Part shown: positions 8,192 through 17,627 of the stretch, piece by piece
Numbering within the stretch: position 1 is the stretch's first letter
Layout: every line of letters begins with the position of its first letter
Assembly: GCA_963778115.1 (NCBI GenBank)
Contig: CAVZSV010000005.1
Location: 224,001-288,000, forward strand
Reading direction: 5' to 3'
Origin: an uncultured delta proteobacterium
Lineage (GTDB): Bacteria; Bdellovibrionota; FAC87; UBA2466
Length of the DNA: 64,000 bases
Made by a program: the position numbers and the translations under genes
The notes under the pieces: model-generated
What the model saw: only the letters and a program-made list of their open reading frames with translations
Told to the model about the DNA's origin: nothing
The model's database searches: none

Positions 8192-8638
8192 ATGCGTGGT
8201 TACTTTCCAGCATGGATAGTGAAATGGCTGGTGACGACCCTAACCATCTTGATGGTTCCCCAGGTGGTTCCAGGGGTTCACGTGGCCAATTTTCGGACAG
8301 CACTTGCCGCTGGAGCGGTACTAGGCGTTTTAAATCTTCTGGTTCGTCCACTGCTCATTTTGTTTACCTTACCGCTGACACTTGTCTCGCTGGGGATTTT
8401 CCTCCTCTTTATCAATGCGTTCATCTTTGAAATGGCGGGCTGGTTCGTCAGTGGATTCGCGGTGGACTCTTTTGGATCGGCTTTTTTGGCAGCATTGATG
8501 GTGAGTGCGGTCTCCTGGCTCCTTAACCGATCTCAAAATCCACAAAACCAATCTCGACTCTTTGTAATGTCTCACGGAGATTTCGGACCTCGTCGTAGAA
8601 AAGTCGTTGACCTCAGTGAGCGTCGTCCGGAAGACTAA
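8192..8638 (+). CDS. Phage holin family (4-TM, YvlD/DUF360-like) membrane protein
   Basis: VPGVHVANFRTALAAGAVLGVLNLLVRPLLILFTLPLTLVSLGIFLLFINA...GFAVDSFGSAFLAAL signature. Confidence 0.9.
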   Translation: MRGYFPAWIVKWLVTTLTILMVPQVVPGVHVANFRTALAAGAVLGVLNLLVRPLLILFTLPLTLVSLGIFLLFINAFIFEMAGWFVSGFAVDSFGSAFLAALMVSAVSWLLNRSQNPQNQSRLFVMSHGDFGPRRRKVVDLSERRPED

Positions 8639-8643
8639 GAAAT

Positions 8644-10149
8644 ATGGCTGACCAAAAAGTTGCGTACCAAGAACTCTTAACCATTGAGCGAACCGTCGGG
8701 CTTTGGGCCTCCATTGACTCGGTTCTGGGTTGGGATGAATCCACCTACTTACCCGAAAAAGGGGTGAAACTTCGAGGGGACCAAAAGGCCCTGCTTCATT
8801 CCACCTTGCATCAGAAAATGACCGAGCCTCGTGTAGGAGAGTTGCTGCGGACGGTCGAGGAATCAACTCTGGTCCAAGAGCCTATGGTCGCTGCCAATGT
8901 ACGCGAGATTCGAAGAAACTATGATCGGGCGACTAAGATTCCGGGCGCGTTAGTGAATGAGTTGGCCCTTGCGTCGACCGCGGGTCGCGAAGCCTGGATC
9001 GACGCCAGAAAGCGATCTGATTTTAGCCGGTTCAAACCCTTTCTCGAAAAGGTTCTGCAACTGCGCAAAGCGGAGTGCCGGTACTTGGGATTTGAAAAAG
9101 AGCCTTACGACGCTTTACTCGAAAATTATGAACCTGGTGCTAAGACCAAAAAAGTAGCAGGGATTCTCTCGGCATTAAAGACCGAGATGGTTCCTTTGAT
9201 TGATCGGGTGAAGAGGTCCTCTCGAAGCAGCTCCCTTGAATTTTTAAAGGGCAACTATCCTGAAGCCGCCCAATATGGCTTCGGTAAGCAGGCAGTTGCT
9301 CGCATCGGTTTTGATTTTACCAGAGGCCGTATCGATACGACGACACATCCCTTCTGTTCGGGCTTTAGCCCTTGTGATGTTCGCATCACCACCCGATACG
9401 ACTCAGCGTTTTTCCCCTCTTCTTTCTACTCGCTGCTTCACGAAGCAGGGCACGGACTCTATGAACAGGGGTTAAATGAAGACTATTTTGGTGAACCCTT
9501 GGGAAGAGCTTGTTCCACGGCCATTCACGAATCGCAGTCACGACTGTGGGAGAATCTGGTAGGACGTCGTCCCTCTTTTTGGAGCTATTTCTATCCGCAG
9601 GCGCAAGCCACGTTTTGCGCATTGGAGTCGGTGTCGCAAGAGGAGTTTGTGCGCGCGGTAAACCATGTGGAGCTATCGACCATTAGGGTAGAGGCTGACG
9701 AAATGACTTATAACCTGCATATCATTTTACGATTTGAGTTAGAGCAGGCTTTGGTTAACGGAGACATTAAAGTCGCTGACGTTCCAGCGGCCTGGAATGA
9801 AAAGTTTAGATCCCTCTTCGGCTTTGCTCCCTCAGATGATGCGGAAGGTTGTTTGCAAGACGTGCACTGGAGTGGGGGAGATTTCGGATACTTTCCGACG
9901 TATGCTTTGGGCAATATGTATGCGGCTCAGTTTTATGAAGCGGCGGAAAAGGAGCTTGGAGATTTGGACGCCCAATTTAAGAATGGGCACTTTTCAAATC
10001 TTCGAGAGTGGCTCGGCTCCAAAATCCACACGCACGGCCAGCTCTATACGGCGGAGGTTCTTTGTCGCAATATCACCGGTAAAGAGCTTTCTCATGAAGC
10101 TTTAGTACGCCACTTAACGAAGAAGTGCGAAGTTTTCTACGGGATATAA
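8644..10149 (+). CDS. Carboxypeptidase, family M32 (Taq-type)
   Basis: HPF, DVRITTRY, HEAGH, IHESQS, IRVEADE, GCLQDVHW, GYFPTYALG motifs. Confidence 0.97.
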   Translation: MADQKVAYQELLTIERTVGLWASIDSVLGWDESTYLPEKGVKLRGDQKALLHSTLHQKMTEPRVGELLRTVEESTLVQEPMVAANVREIRRNYDRATKIPGALVNELALASTAGREAWIDARKRSDFSRFKPFLEKVLQLRKAECRYLGFEKEPYDALLENYEPGAKTKKVAGILSALKTEMVPLIDRVKRSSRSSSLEFLKGNYPEAAQYGFGKQAVARIGFDFTRGRIDTTTHPFCSGFSPCDVRITTRYDSAFFPSSFYSLLHEAGHGLYEQGLNEDYFGEPLGRACSTAIHESQSRLWENLVGRRPSFWSYFYPQAQATFCALESVSQEEFVRAVNHVELSTIRVEADEMTYNLHIILRFELEQALVNGDIKVADVPAAWNEKFRSLFGFAPSDDAEGCLQDVHWSGGDFGYFPTYALGNMYAAQFYEAAEKELGDLDAQFKNGHFSNLREWLGSKIHTHGQLYTAEVLCRNITGKELSHEALVRHLTKKCEVFYGI

Positions 10150-10242
10150 CTAGGCGACACTTTCACTCCTGGGCCAATGTCTTGGGGGAGGGGTAGCAAG
10201 AGTGGGCTACTCACGTCTTATTACTGGGGCGTCTCGTAGTAC

Positions 10243-11784
10243 TTACGGCTGCACCATAAATTCAATCGTCAATGCATCGGCGAAGCTGGCATCCCCATAC
10301 CACGGGTTGGAATTATCTAATTGGGCACAGGTGTAGTTCGTTACGACGGTAGCACCTTGGGGGGCGATACGCGTCTTGTCCGGCAAAGAGCCGTTGATGA
10401 AGGCTTTCGCGGCGGCGATCTTAAGGCCGGAAATAGCTTCGGGAACGTTGAGAAGAGAACCGAAGAGGCTTTTCTGGTCTTCTTTTTCTTTGGTGCGATC
10501 CTTGGTATAGCTTCCTGCTTGAACATCCACCAGCTGTAGCCCTTGGACTTCGGCTAAGAATCTAAGATCAAGATCCACCCGCTCGGGATTTGCACTCAGA
10601 TCGTCAGTGGGAACTAATTGAAAGCTTGCGGCCAGATTCAAAAAGACTCGCTTGCCCTTTGGCGTACGAAGTTCCCAAGGACGAAGCACAGGAGCCGTCT
10701 CTCCCGTTAACGAGATGCCGATTCGATATTTTTTTCTGGTATCGATTCGGTTTTCAAAGATATGAAAAAAATCACTGAGCTCTTGCCCGCTCGACTGCAG
10801 CCAAAACACATCCGCAGAGGGAATCGTTTGATGAGTCTTTAGGTAGTCGTTAAAGAGGAAAGTAAGCGCCTCTGCCGATAAAGTGATTCCTCCCCGTTGT
10901 GCGGGATGGCCCGAAGGGGATACCGAAGGGGGTAAAGGCGTTTGAAAGGGGGCCAAGACAAAATCACTAGGCAGCTGGGTTCGAATCCGCCACTGGGGAG
11001 GGGATACTGTTAGCTCCCTCTCGAACACCACATCGATAGGCTTACTGTGGGGCAGAGCAAGCTTAAAGTTGTTTCCAAGGGTTTCGACCCATTTCGCTAC
11101 AATCTCGCCTTTGATCTGTTTAAGCATTGCTTCGCGCGCACGGGAAATGAACTCGCCTCGATAAGATTTAAGGGCTCCTTGGACCAAAGCTTCGCTCCCT
11201 GCTGGGGCTTTTCGTACTATAGCGTCGCTAAAGTGCTGTGCGAAATACTGCTCGTTGAGAGTCTGTCGAAGAACGGCCTCAATGTATTGCCCGCCGGCCT
11301 TTTCATCGGCAAGAACAAGAACCGGATTTTGCCCCGGATTAAGGCGCAAGGGGAGTTTGTCGGGAAGCGGGATGTCCAATGGGATTCCCGGTTTGCTTTC
11401 CATGTAAGCTTCAAACGCGAGATCGGCTCTCTTCGTAACGATTCGTCCCCTTTCGAAGGAGGGAAGTTCCAGCCCCTGAGTATGGTAAACGACGGTAAAA
11501 TCCACGTGAGAGATAAGGATCTGCTCGGCATGGATCTCGGCACCGACAATGTTGACGGCTACATTTCCAGAATTACCGATGGCGATGGTTTGAGGCGGGG
11601 TTGCAAGCGGAATGGGAACGACTTCGACACGGATATCGAAGTACCCCGGAAATACCGGAGGCTCTTCGGTGGCAAAAACATTTCCTGCCGAAAGAGCTGA
11701 CAAGATAACCCCCAAAGCCGCGGCTGCGGTAAACGTTAGAAATTTCCCCACGAAATTCGCCCCCAAGTTTTTGATTAAGGTCAT
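10243..11784 (-). CDS. Hypothetical secreted protein
   Basis: 513 aa ORF with a hydrophobic leader ending VFA; no recognised family. Confidence 0.7.
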   Translation of the reverse strand: MTLIKNLGANFVGKFLTFTAAAALGVILSALSAGNVFATEEPPVFPGYFDIRVEVVPIPLATPPQTIAIGNSGNVAVNIVGAEIHAEQILISHVDFTVVYHTQGLELPSFERGRIVTKRADLAFEAYMESKPGIPLDIPLPDKLPLRLNPGQNPVLVLADEKAGGQYIEAVLRQTLNEQYFAQHFSDAIVRKAPAGSEALVQGALKSYRGEFISRAREAMLKQIKGEIVAKWVETLGNNFKLALPHSKPIDVVFERELTVSPPQWRIRTQLPSDFVLAPFQTPLPPSVSPSGHPAQRGGITLSAEALTFLFNDYLKTHQTIPSADVFWLQSSGQELSDFFHIFENRIDTRKKYRIGISLTGETAPVLRPWELRTPKGKRVFLNLAASFQLVPTDDLSANPERVDLDLRFLAEVQGLQLVDVQAGSYTKDRTKEKEDQKSLFGSLLNVPEAISGLKIAAAKAFINGSLPDKTRIAPQGATVVTNYTCAQLDNSNPWYGDASFADALTIEFMVQP

Positions 11785-11801
11785 GCGATAAGAAGACGTA
11801 C

Positions 11802-11830
11802 ATTATAAGGCGCATCGCGTTAAAACACAA
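11802..11830 (-). promoter_or_regulatory. Putative sigma-70 promoter
   Basis: Reverse strand TTGTGT-17 nt-TATAAT just upstream of ATG 11784. Confidence 0.4.
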
Positions 11831-11867
11831 GCGGTAAGAGCCCGAAAGTAGTAACAATTAGCGGCAC

Positions 11868-12095
11868 CTACCGGCAGACCGAGGTGATTAAGCCTGACGT
11901 TCGTGCAGGCAAATTTCGGCACCACGATCGCTTAAGCTCGGGTCCTTTTGCGAGCACTAACCAGACCACGATAGCAACGATAGCCACCGAGAGCAGAAGG
12001 CGTAGGATTCGACCTATGACGAACATCGCAATTCCTAGCGTGAATAGGACGGCGGTAACGGCGATCAACAGCTCCGGCGAAAACGTCACGGGCAT
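11868..12095 (-). CDS. Small 2-TM membrane protein
   Basis: Two hydrophobic segments; RBS GAGG upstream. Confidence 0.6.
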   Translation of the reverse strand: MPVTFSPELLIAVTAVLFTLGIAMFVIGRILRLLLSVAIVAIVVWLVLAKGPELKRSWCRNLPARTSGLITSVCR

Positions 12096-12291
12096 GGAAA
12101 TTACCTCTGATTTGCGGTTAAGAAGGTTCGTAATGTACCTAAAAGTTGAAAATAACTCAATCGATGAATCCTAAACTATTGATATGAAATAGAAAAAAAG
12201 TTGAGCCCGTCTCAAGAGTTGGAATTGCTTTTGATTTGGATTAGTGTTTTTTTGTTTTCTCCACCACGAAGTAAAAGCGGGAGTGATCGTT

Positions 12292-14181
12292 ATGCCCAGG
12301 CCAGTATCGGTGGGAACTTGGGGGCGCCAAGCGGGTTTTATTCTGATAGGTCTAGGGCTTTTTCTAGCTCTGGCACGCTGGCAATTTACGCACATTCTTC
12401 CCGGTCCCTTAGGGGGCTGGCCGTCTTTTTCTCCGACAGACCTCGCTGAAATTTTGGGATCCCTTATCTTACTGACCTGGTTAGTCACCCATATCGTTTC
12501 CAGTCGCCAAAGACTCGGGCTTCAGCTGAAAACAAGCGAGCTAGGAACAGAAAAGTTGGGCACTGATCAGCAAGCAAAGAGGGATCAAGTCCTTTTTGCG
12601 CAAGTGAGCGCTTACGGAAAGCTCGAATCCTCTATGATGAACGATTTCGAAAAAGAGCTGCAAAATCCGAAGCAGATTCTTCAATTAGTCCTCGACAACA
12701 TGTGTGAAGGTGTCGCGATGGCGAATGCCCAAGGACGGCTAGTCTATTTCAATCAAGCCGCCGAGAAACTTTGCGGAAAGCCACCCTCTTCGGGGTCGGC
12801 AGCCGAATGGCCCTCCTATTTTGGAATGCTTTCGCCCGACAGCGAAAAGCCGTTTCCGTACGAATCTCTTCCTATCTATCGCGCGATCGCTCTGGGAGAA
12901 ACGACACAAGACTGCGAACTTCTGATCCGTAATGAGAGCCATCCTGAGGGAATTTATATTAGTGTGAGCGGCCGACCCATTTACGAGCAAAACGGGAGGC
13001 TCGCGGGTGCTGTTACCGTATTTCGCGATATCAGCGAGTCGAAACGGGTCGCTTGGGAATTAAAGAGTGGGAACGAGAGGTTTGAAACCTTAGCGCGTGT
13101 GACCAACGATGTCGTGTGGGACTGGAATGTGAAGTCCGGCGAAGTCTGGCATAACGAAGCTTTTAGTCGTTTGCTAGGCAACGACGTGAGAGCTCCCACC
13201 GATTTGTCGCTCTGGCGGGATAAGATTCACCCCGATGATAGAGAACGTGTTTGGAAGTCGATTAGAGGGACCGTGGAATCCGGTGCGAGGCTTTGGCAAG
13301 AAGAGTATCGCTTTGGGGAAGAGGGATCTTATAAGGACATCTTAGACCGAGGTCATGTCATTAAAGATCCCAGTGGAGCTCCGGTTCGCATGGTGGGAGT
13401 CATGATCGATATCACTCGGTTAAAAGATGTGGAGAATCGATTGCGCCGGCAGGCGACGGAATTGGCTCGTTCTAATAAGGACCTAGAACAGTTCGCTTAT
13501 GTCGCTTCTCATGATCTTAAAGAGCCCTTGCGAATGGTAACTAGTTTTGTCCAAATGCTTAAACGCAAGTATGAAGGAAGATTAGACCTGGATGCAGACG
13601 ATTATATTCGTTACGCGGTGGATGGCGCTGCTCGGATGCATAGCCTCATCGATGACTTGCTCACCTATTCGCACGTAGATCGAAAGACAGAACCGTTCGA
13701 ATTGACGGACCTTAACGTTGTCTTGAGAAAAGTGGTCCAAAACTTAGCGGAACTGACTCGGGAGAGTAGCGCTAGTATCACAGCCCTCGAACTTCCCACG
13801 GTGATGGCGGATCCCATTCAAATGGGTCAATTGCTACAGAACCTGATCGCCAATGCCATCAAATACCGAGATCCCGCCGTTCCGCCTCGGATTCGGATCG
13901 AAGCGGAGCAGGGAGAGGGGCATTGGATATTTTCGGTCCAAGATAACGGGATAGGAATAGCTCCTGAGTTTTCGGAACGGATTTTTAAACTTTTCCAACG
14001 GCTGCATACCAAAGAGGAATATCCGGGGACCGGCATTGGGCTTGCCATCTGCAAGCGCATTTCGGAACGCCACGGAGGAAGAATATGGGTGGAATCTAGT
14101 CCGGGGCGGGGCTCGACCTTTTACTTTGCACTTCCCAAAAGAGAGAGTTGGCCTTCGCTTAGAACCGTCAATTTCATGTAG
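12292..14181 (+). CDS. Membrane PAS/PAC sensor histidine kinase
   Basis: Two TM helices, two PAS/PAC domains, H-box FAYVASHDLKEPLR, N-box QNLIANAIKY, DNGIGI, GTGIGLAICKRI. Confidence 0.95.
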   Translation: MPRPVSVGTWGRQAGFILIGLGLFLALARWQFTHILPGPLGGWPSFSPTDLAEILGSLILLTWLVTHIVSSRQRLGLQLKTSELGTEKLGTDQQAKRDQVLFAQVSAYGKLESSMMNDFEKELQNPKQILQLVLDNMCEGVAMANAQGRLVYFNQAAEKLCGKPPSSGSAAEWPSYFGMLSPDSEKPFPYESLPIYRAIALGETTQDCELLIRNESHPEGIYISVSGRPIYEQNGRLAGAVTVFRDISESKRVAWELKSGNERFETLARVTNDVVWDWNVKSGEVWHNEAFSRLLGNDVRAPTDLSLWRDKIHPDDRERVWKSIRGTVESGARLWQEEYRFGEEGSYKDILDRGHVIKDPSGAPVRMVGVMIDITRLKDVENRLRRQATELARSNKDLEQFAYVASHDLKEPLRMVTSFVQMLKRKYEGRLDLDADDYIRYAVDGAARMHSLIDDLLTYSHVDRKTEPFELTDLNVVLRKVVQNLAELTRESSASITALELPTVMADPIQMGQLLQNLIANAIKYRDPAVPPRIRIEAEQGEGHWIFSVQDNGIGIAPEFSERIFKLFQRLHTKEEYPGTGIGLAICKRISERHGGRIWVESSPGRGSTFYFALPKRESWPSLRTVNFM

Positions 14182-14193
14182 GTCTATTAACCG

Positions 14194-14514
14194 ATGCCAA
14201 ATGAGTTGTTTGTTTATATGACGGCCAAAGATGCCGCCCAGGCGAATAAGCTAGGGCGTGCTTTAGTGGAACGAAAACTTGCGGCGTGCGTGAATCTGCT
14301 TCCCAAGATGAGTTCGCTTTACCGGTGGAAAGGTAAGATAGAACAGGCTCAAGAGGTGGTGCTTATCGCTAAGACCACACGAAGTTGTTGGGATCGCTTA
14401 CTGGAAACCGTGAAGGAGTTGCATAGCTACGAGTGTCCTTGTGTCGTGGCGCTTCCGCTAGCGCTGGGAAATCCGGACTACCTAGCTTGGATTAGGGAAA
14501 GCTGCGCGCCGTAA
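14194..14514 (+). CDS. cutA: Divalent-cation tolerance protein CutA
   Basis: LVERKLAACVN, SLYRWKGKIE, HSYECPC, GNPDYLAWI. Confidence 0.95.
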   Translation: MPNELFVYMTAKDAAQANKLGRALVERKLAACVNLLPKMSSLYRWKGKIEQAQEVVLIAKTTRSCWDRLLETVKELHSYECPCVVALPLALGNPDYLAWIRESCAP

Positions 14515-15469
14515 GCGGTCATTGATGGCCCGACCGACACCGATCTCAGGGACCATCTCGGCATAAGATCACATCACAAGGGGACCCATCGAGTTTTCTT
14601 AAGGCCGAAAAAAGTTGAGCGGCCGCTTCTTTCACATCTCCCTGTGAGGAGAGAATTTCACAATAGCCAAAGGGGTGAGCCGGCGGCTGCTGGAAACACA
14701 GGATTGCCGATTCTGCGGTATTTTCGGGCGCAGCCCCTTTGCGCCAAAGGCGCAGAGGCTTGCGAGGCGAATAGTGTTTTTCGAGCATTCCTGGAGCTAG
14801 AGGGGTTTGGCTAAGAGGCGCTTGGCTTAGAGGGCCAATGACGTCTTCAATCAGTTCCAAAGCCAGGCCTCCCAGGCGGAGGCAAAAAGCATTTTCGTCG
14901 GCAAAGCCTCCCGAAAATCCCCCCGAGAATCCCTCAGAGAATCCAATGATAGTCGACTCCACTCCCACCGCGGCCTTTCCCCCTTCGAGAACCACCGCTG
15001 CTTTGTGATGAATTTCAGCCGTGATGTGAACGGCTTCGGTCGGGCTTAGCTGTTGGAAGAGATTTGCACTGGGAGCTGCCACGGGGATCTGGGCTTCTGT
15101 TAGCAAATCCAGCGCGATGGGATGAGCCGGAACGCGGATCGCCACTGTGGATAGGCCTGCCGTCACGATCTCGGGAACGAGTTCGGATTTAGGCAGTACT
15201 AAAGTAAGTGGTCCGGGCCAGAAGGCGTCGATTAAGCGCCTCGCCTTCTCGGGGAGCGCGCAGATTAAAGGGAGTGCTGCGGACAATGAGGCGACATGGA
15301 CGATAAGAGGATTAAATCGGGGGCGTCGTTTGGTTTCAAAAATGGAGGCAATAGCCCTCGGATCGAGCGCGTTCGCCCCTAGACCATAAACGGTTTCCGT
15401 TGGAAACACGACAAGCTCGCCTTTTCGTAGGGCCAAAGCGGCTGCCTGAATTTTGGCGTCGACCTGCAT
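14482..15469 (-). CDS. sua5: Threonylcarbamoyl-AMP synthase Sua5 (YrdC + SUA5 domain), apparent frameshift near 14565
   Basis: FPTETVYGLGA, KRRPRFNPLIVH, FWPGPLTLVL, AAPSAN, APGMLEKHYSP. Removing one base restores the canonical tail AEMVPEIGVGRAINDRLRRAA, ending at 14482. Confidence 0.92.
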
Positions 15470-15526
15470 CTAAGCCCCTTACCACTATTTGCTCTAGAGG
15501 GGCAACGAGCAACCTGGTACGTTGCT

Positions 15527-16399
15527 TTGATGGCCAAGACTTTTCAAAAAAAGGACTCTTTCCCCTTACAAGTGCACTACCAACGGTTTCCCAAGCGTTC
15601 TGAAAGACTGGCGCATCTTGAGTTTTGTCGTCCCGAAGTGGCCAATAGCCTAAATGACTCGCTCTTAACAGCGTTCAAAGCCACGTTGATCAATCTGCGC
15701 AACGATTCCAGCGTGAGAGCGGTCGTGCTTTCCGGGAAGGGCAAACATTTTGGGGCAGGCGCTGACTTAAAGTGGATGCAGTACTGTTCCACCGCGTCAG
15801 AGAGCGAAAATCTCAAAGGAGCCCAACTCTTAGGTGACTGCTTTCAACTATTATACGAACTTCCCCTTCCGACTTTGGCCTTGGTTCAAGGCGCCGCCGT
15901 TGGAGGATCGATGTGTTTTGTCGCGTGCTGTGACAATGCCATCGCGACTCCCTCATCGGTCTTCTCATTGAGCGAGGGCAAACTTGGATTTTCAGCCGCT
16001 ATCATCTTGCCATACCTTTCTCAGAAGGTGTCCAGCGTCTACCTAAGGGATTGGGTGTTAACCGGTAGAAAGATTGCAGCTTTGGAAGCGCGCGAAGGCC
16101 ATCTGTTAACCCAAGTGGTGGCTCGCAACAAGGTCCAGTCCGCGCTTAGGAGTTGGGTTCAGGGGGTGCTCGAAGCAGAGCCCCGGGCAATCTCAGAATT
16201 TAAGGTAGCACACCAAGCTTGGCTCTCAGGGGGAGATCGGAAAGGTTTCCAAAGGGAGAGCTTGGCAAGAAAATTGGCTCATTCTCGAGCTGCAAAGCCA
16301 GCACAAGAGGGGATGAAGGCCTTTTTCGATAGAAGACCCCCGGATTGGGCGATTTTCATTCCCCCTCAGTGGAAGCTTGAGACCCTCACAAACTTTTGA
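15527..16399 (+). CDS. Enoyl-CoA hydratase/isomerase family (methylglutaconyl-CoA hydratase-like)
   Basis: [52 protein letters not shown]. Confidence 0.9.
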   Translation: MMAKTFQKKDSFPLQVHYQRFPKRSERLAHLEFCRPEVANSLNDSLLTAFKATLINLRNDSSVRAVVLSGKGKHFGAGADLKWMQYCSTASESENLKGAQLLGDCFQLLYELPLPTLALVQGAAVGGSMCFVACCDNAIATPSSVFSLSEGKLGFSAAIILPYLSQKVSSVYLRDWVLTGRKIAALEAREGHLLTQVVARNKVQSALRSWVQGVLEAEPRAISEFKVAHQAWLSGGDRKGFQRESLARKLAHSRAAKPAQEGMKAFFDRRPPDWAIFIPPQWKLETLTNF

Positions 16400-16430
16400 T
16401 ATCCTTGCGCCTATTCAGGAGGGAGTTCCT

Positions 16431-16634
16431 TTGGCCGATTTTCGAATTGGAATTAAAGTTAGAGAAGGCGAACATTACGAAGCTACACTTCGTAGATTTA
16501 AAAAGGATTGCGAAAAGGGAGGCATTCTCTCTGAAGTTCGCCGACGCGAGTTTTACGAGAAGCCCTCGGTACGTCGCAAGAAAAAATCTATCGCAGCCCG
16601 TAAGAGGGCGCTTAAGAACAATATTAGGCGATAG
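16431..16634 (+). CDS. rpsU: 30S ribosomal protein S21
   Basis: TTG start after [45 protein letters not shown]. Confidence 0.97.
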   Translation: MADFRIGIKVREGEHYEATLRRFKKDCEKGGILSEVRRREFYEKPSVRRKKKSIAARKRALKNNIRR

Positions 16635-17523
16635 CACTTTTTGAAGTTTGCTTTCCGGTAAATCGTATCTCCACGATTACGATCCCAAGCCCGATCAAAG
16701 CACAACCACAGAGATCTCGTAGGGAGAGTTTGTCGTTAAGCCACCACCAGCCCATGAGGGCGGCAAAGACTGCTTCTAAAGTGTATATAAGTGCGGCGTG
16801 AGTCGCGGAAGTGAAATGTTGCACTTTCGTCTGAACCACAAAGGCGATGCAGGTCGCAAATAGAACCGTGTAAACAAGTGACAGACTGCTTACCAGCGTA
16901 AAACCCACCAAAGGAGACTCTAGGAAAAGTGCTCCGATGAGTGAGGTCAGTCCCGCGAAAAAGAGCTCCCCGGTCGTAAAGCCCAAAGGAGAAAGGCTCG
17001 CTCCCCAATGGGAGATTCCATAGATTTGAAATCCAAATACCAGAGCGCAGGCTACAATCCAGAGATCTGTGTTTTCCAAGGTTAGCTGTTTGGTAATGCA
17101 AAGAAGGGCTAGGCCGGAAAACGACGTGAGAATGCCAAGCCAGGTCTGCCAAGAGATTCGCTTACGTTCGAATAACGCTTCAATCACCGGAACAAAGACG
17201 ATATAGAGGCCAGTGATAAAACCTGCTTTTGCGGAAGTAGTATATTGAAGTCCTATGGTCTGAAAGACATAGCCGGATCCGAGTAGCAATCCCATCATTA
17301 ACGAAATCGACCATTCCTTGCGTGTCCTGGGAATCGCCTTTCGGCGAAAAAGGAGCAATAGCACAGCCGAAGCGAATAGGAAGCGCCACGCGATGAAAGT
17401 GCATGGTTGCATGGTAAGCAAAGCCCACTTAGTTGCGGGAAATCCAGCTCCCCAAAGGGCTGCCATCAAAACGAGAATCAGATCGGCTTTTGGCGCACTC
17501 ATCGGTTTCCAGAAATAACCCAC
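16624..17523 (-). CDS. DMT/EamA family transporter
   Basis: About 10 TM segments; [40 protein letters not shown]. Confidence 0.93.
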   Translation of the reverse strand: MGYFWKPMSAPKADLILVLMAALWGAGFPATKWALLTMQPCTFIAWRFLFASAVLLLLFRRKAIPRTRKEWSISLMMGLLLGSGYVFQTIGLQYTTSAKAGFITGLYIVFVPVIEALFERKRISWQTWLGILTSFSGLALLCITKQLTLENTDLWIVACALVFGFQIYGISHWGASLSPLGFTTGELFFAGLTSLIGALFLESPLVGFTLVSSLSLVYTVLFATCIAFVVQTKVQHFTSATHAALIYTLEAVFAALMGWWWLNDKLSLRDLCGCALIGLGIVIVEIRFTGKQTSKSAIA

Positions 17524-17627
17524 GGTCCCTCTTTCCTCCTAGCAAATATTCGAGCAGCAAGGGCAGACGCAAAGGTGGACTGAAATCTTTTGAAGCATAT
17601 AATAGACGCATATCTAAAGGAGAACCC

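Noticed and set aside
1..8638. Intact prophage or canonical T6SS
   Set aside because: No integrase, capsid, terminase, TssB/C, ClpV or TssJLM recognisable in the window; a prophage cannot be fully excluded because the locus is cut at the left edge.
10190..10213. Possible terminator hairpin between convergent genes
   Set aside because: Short imperfect stem with no U-tract; not enough support.
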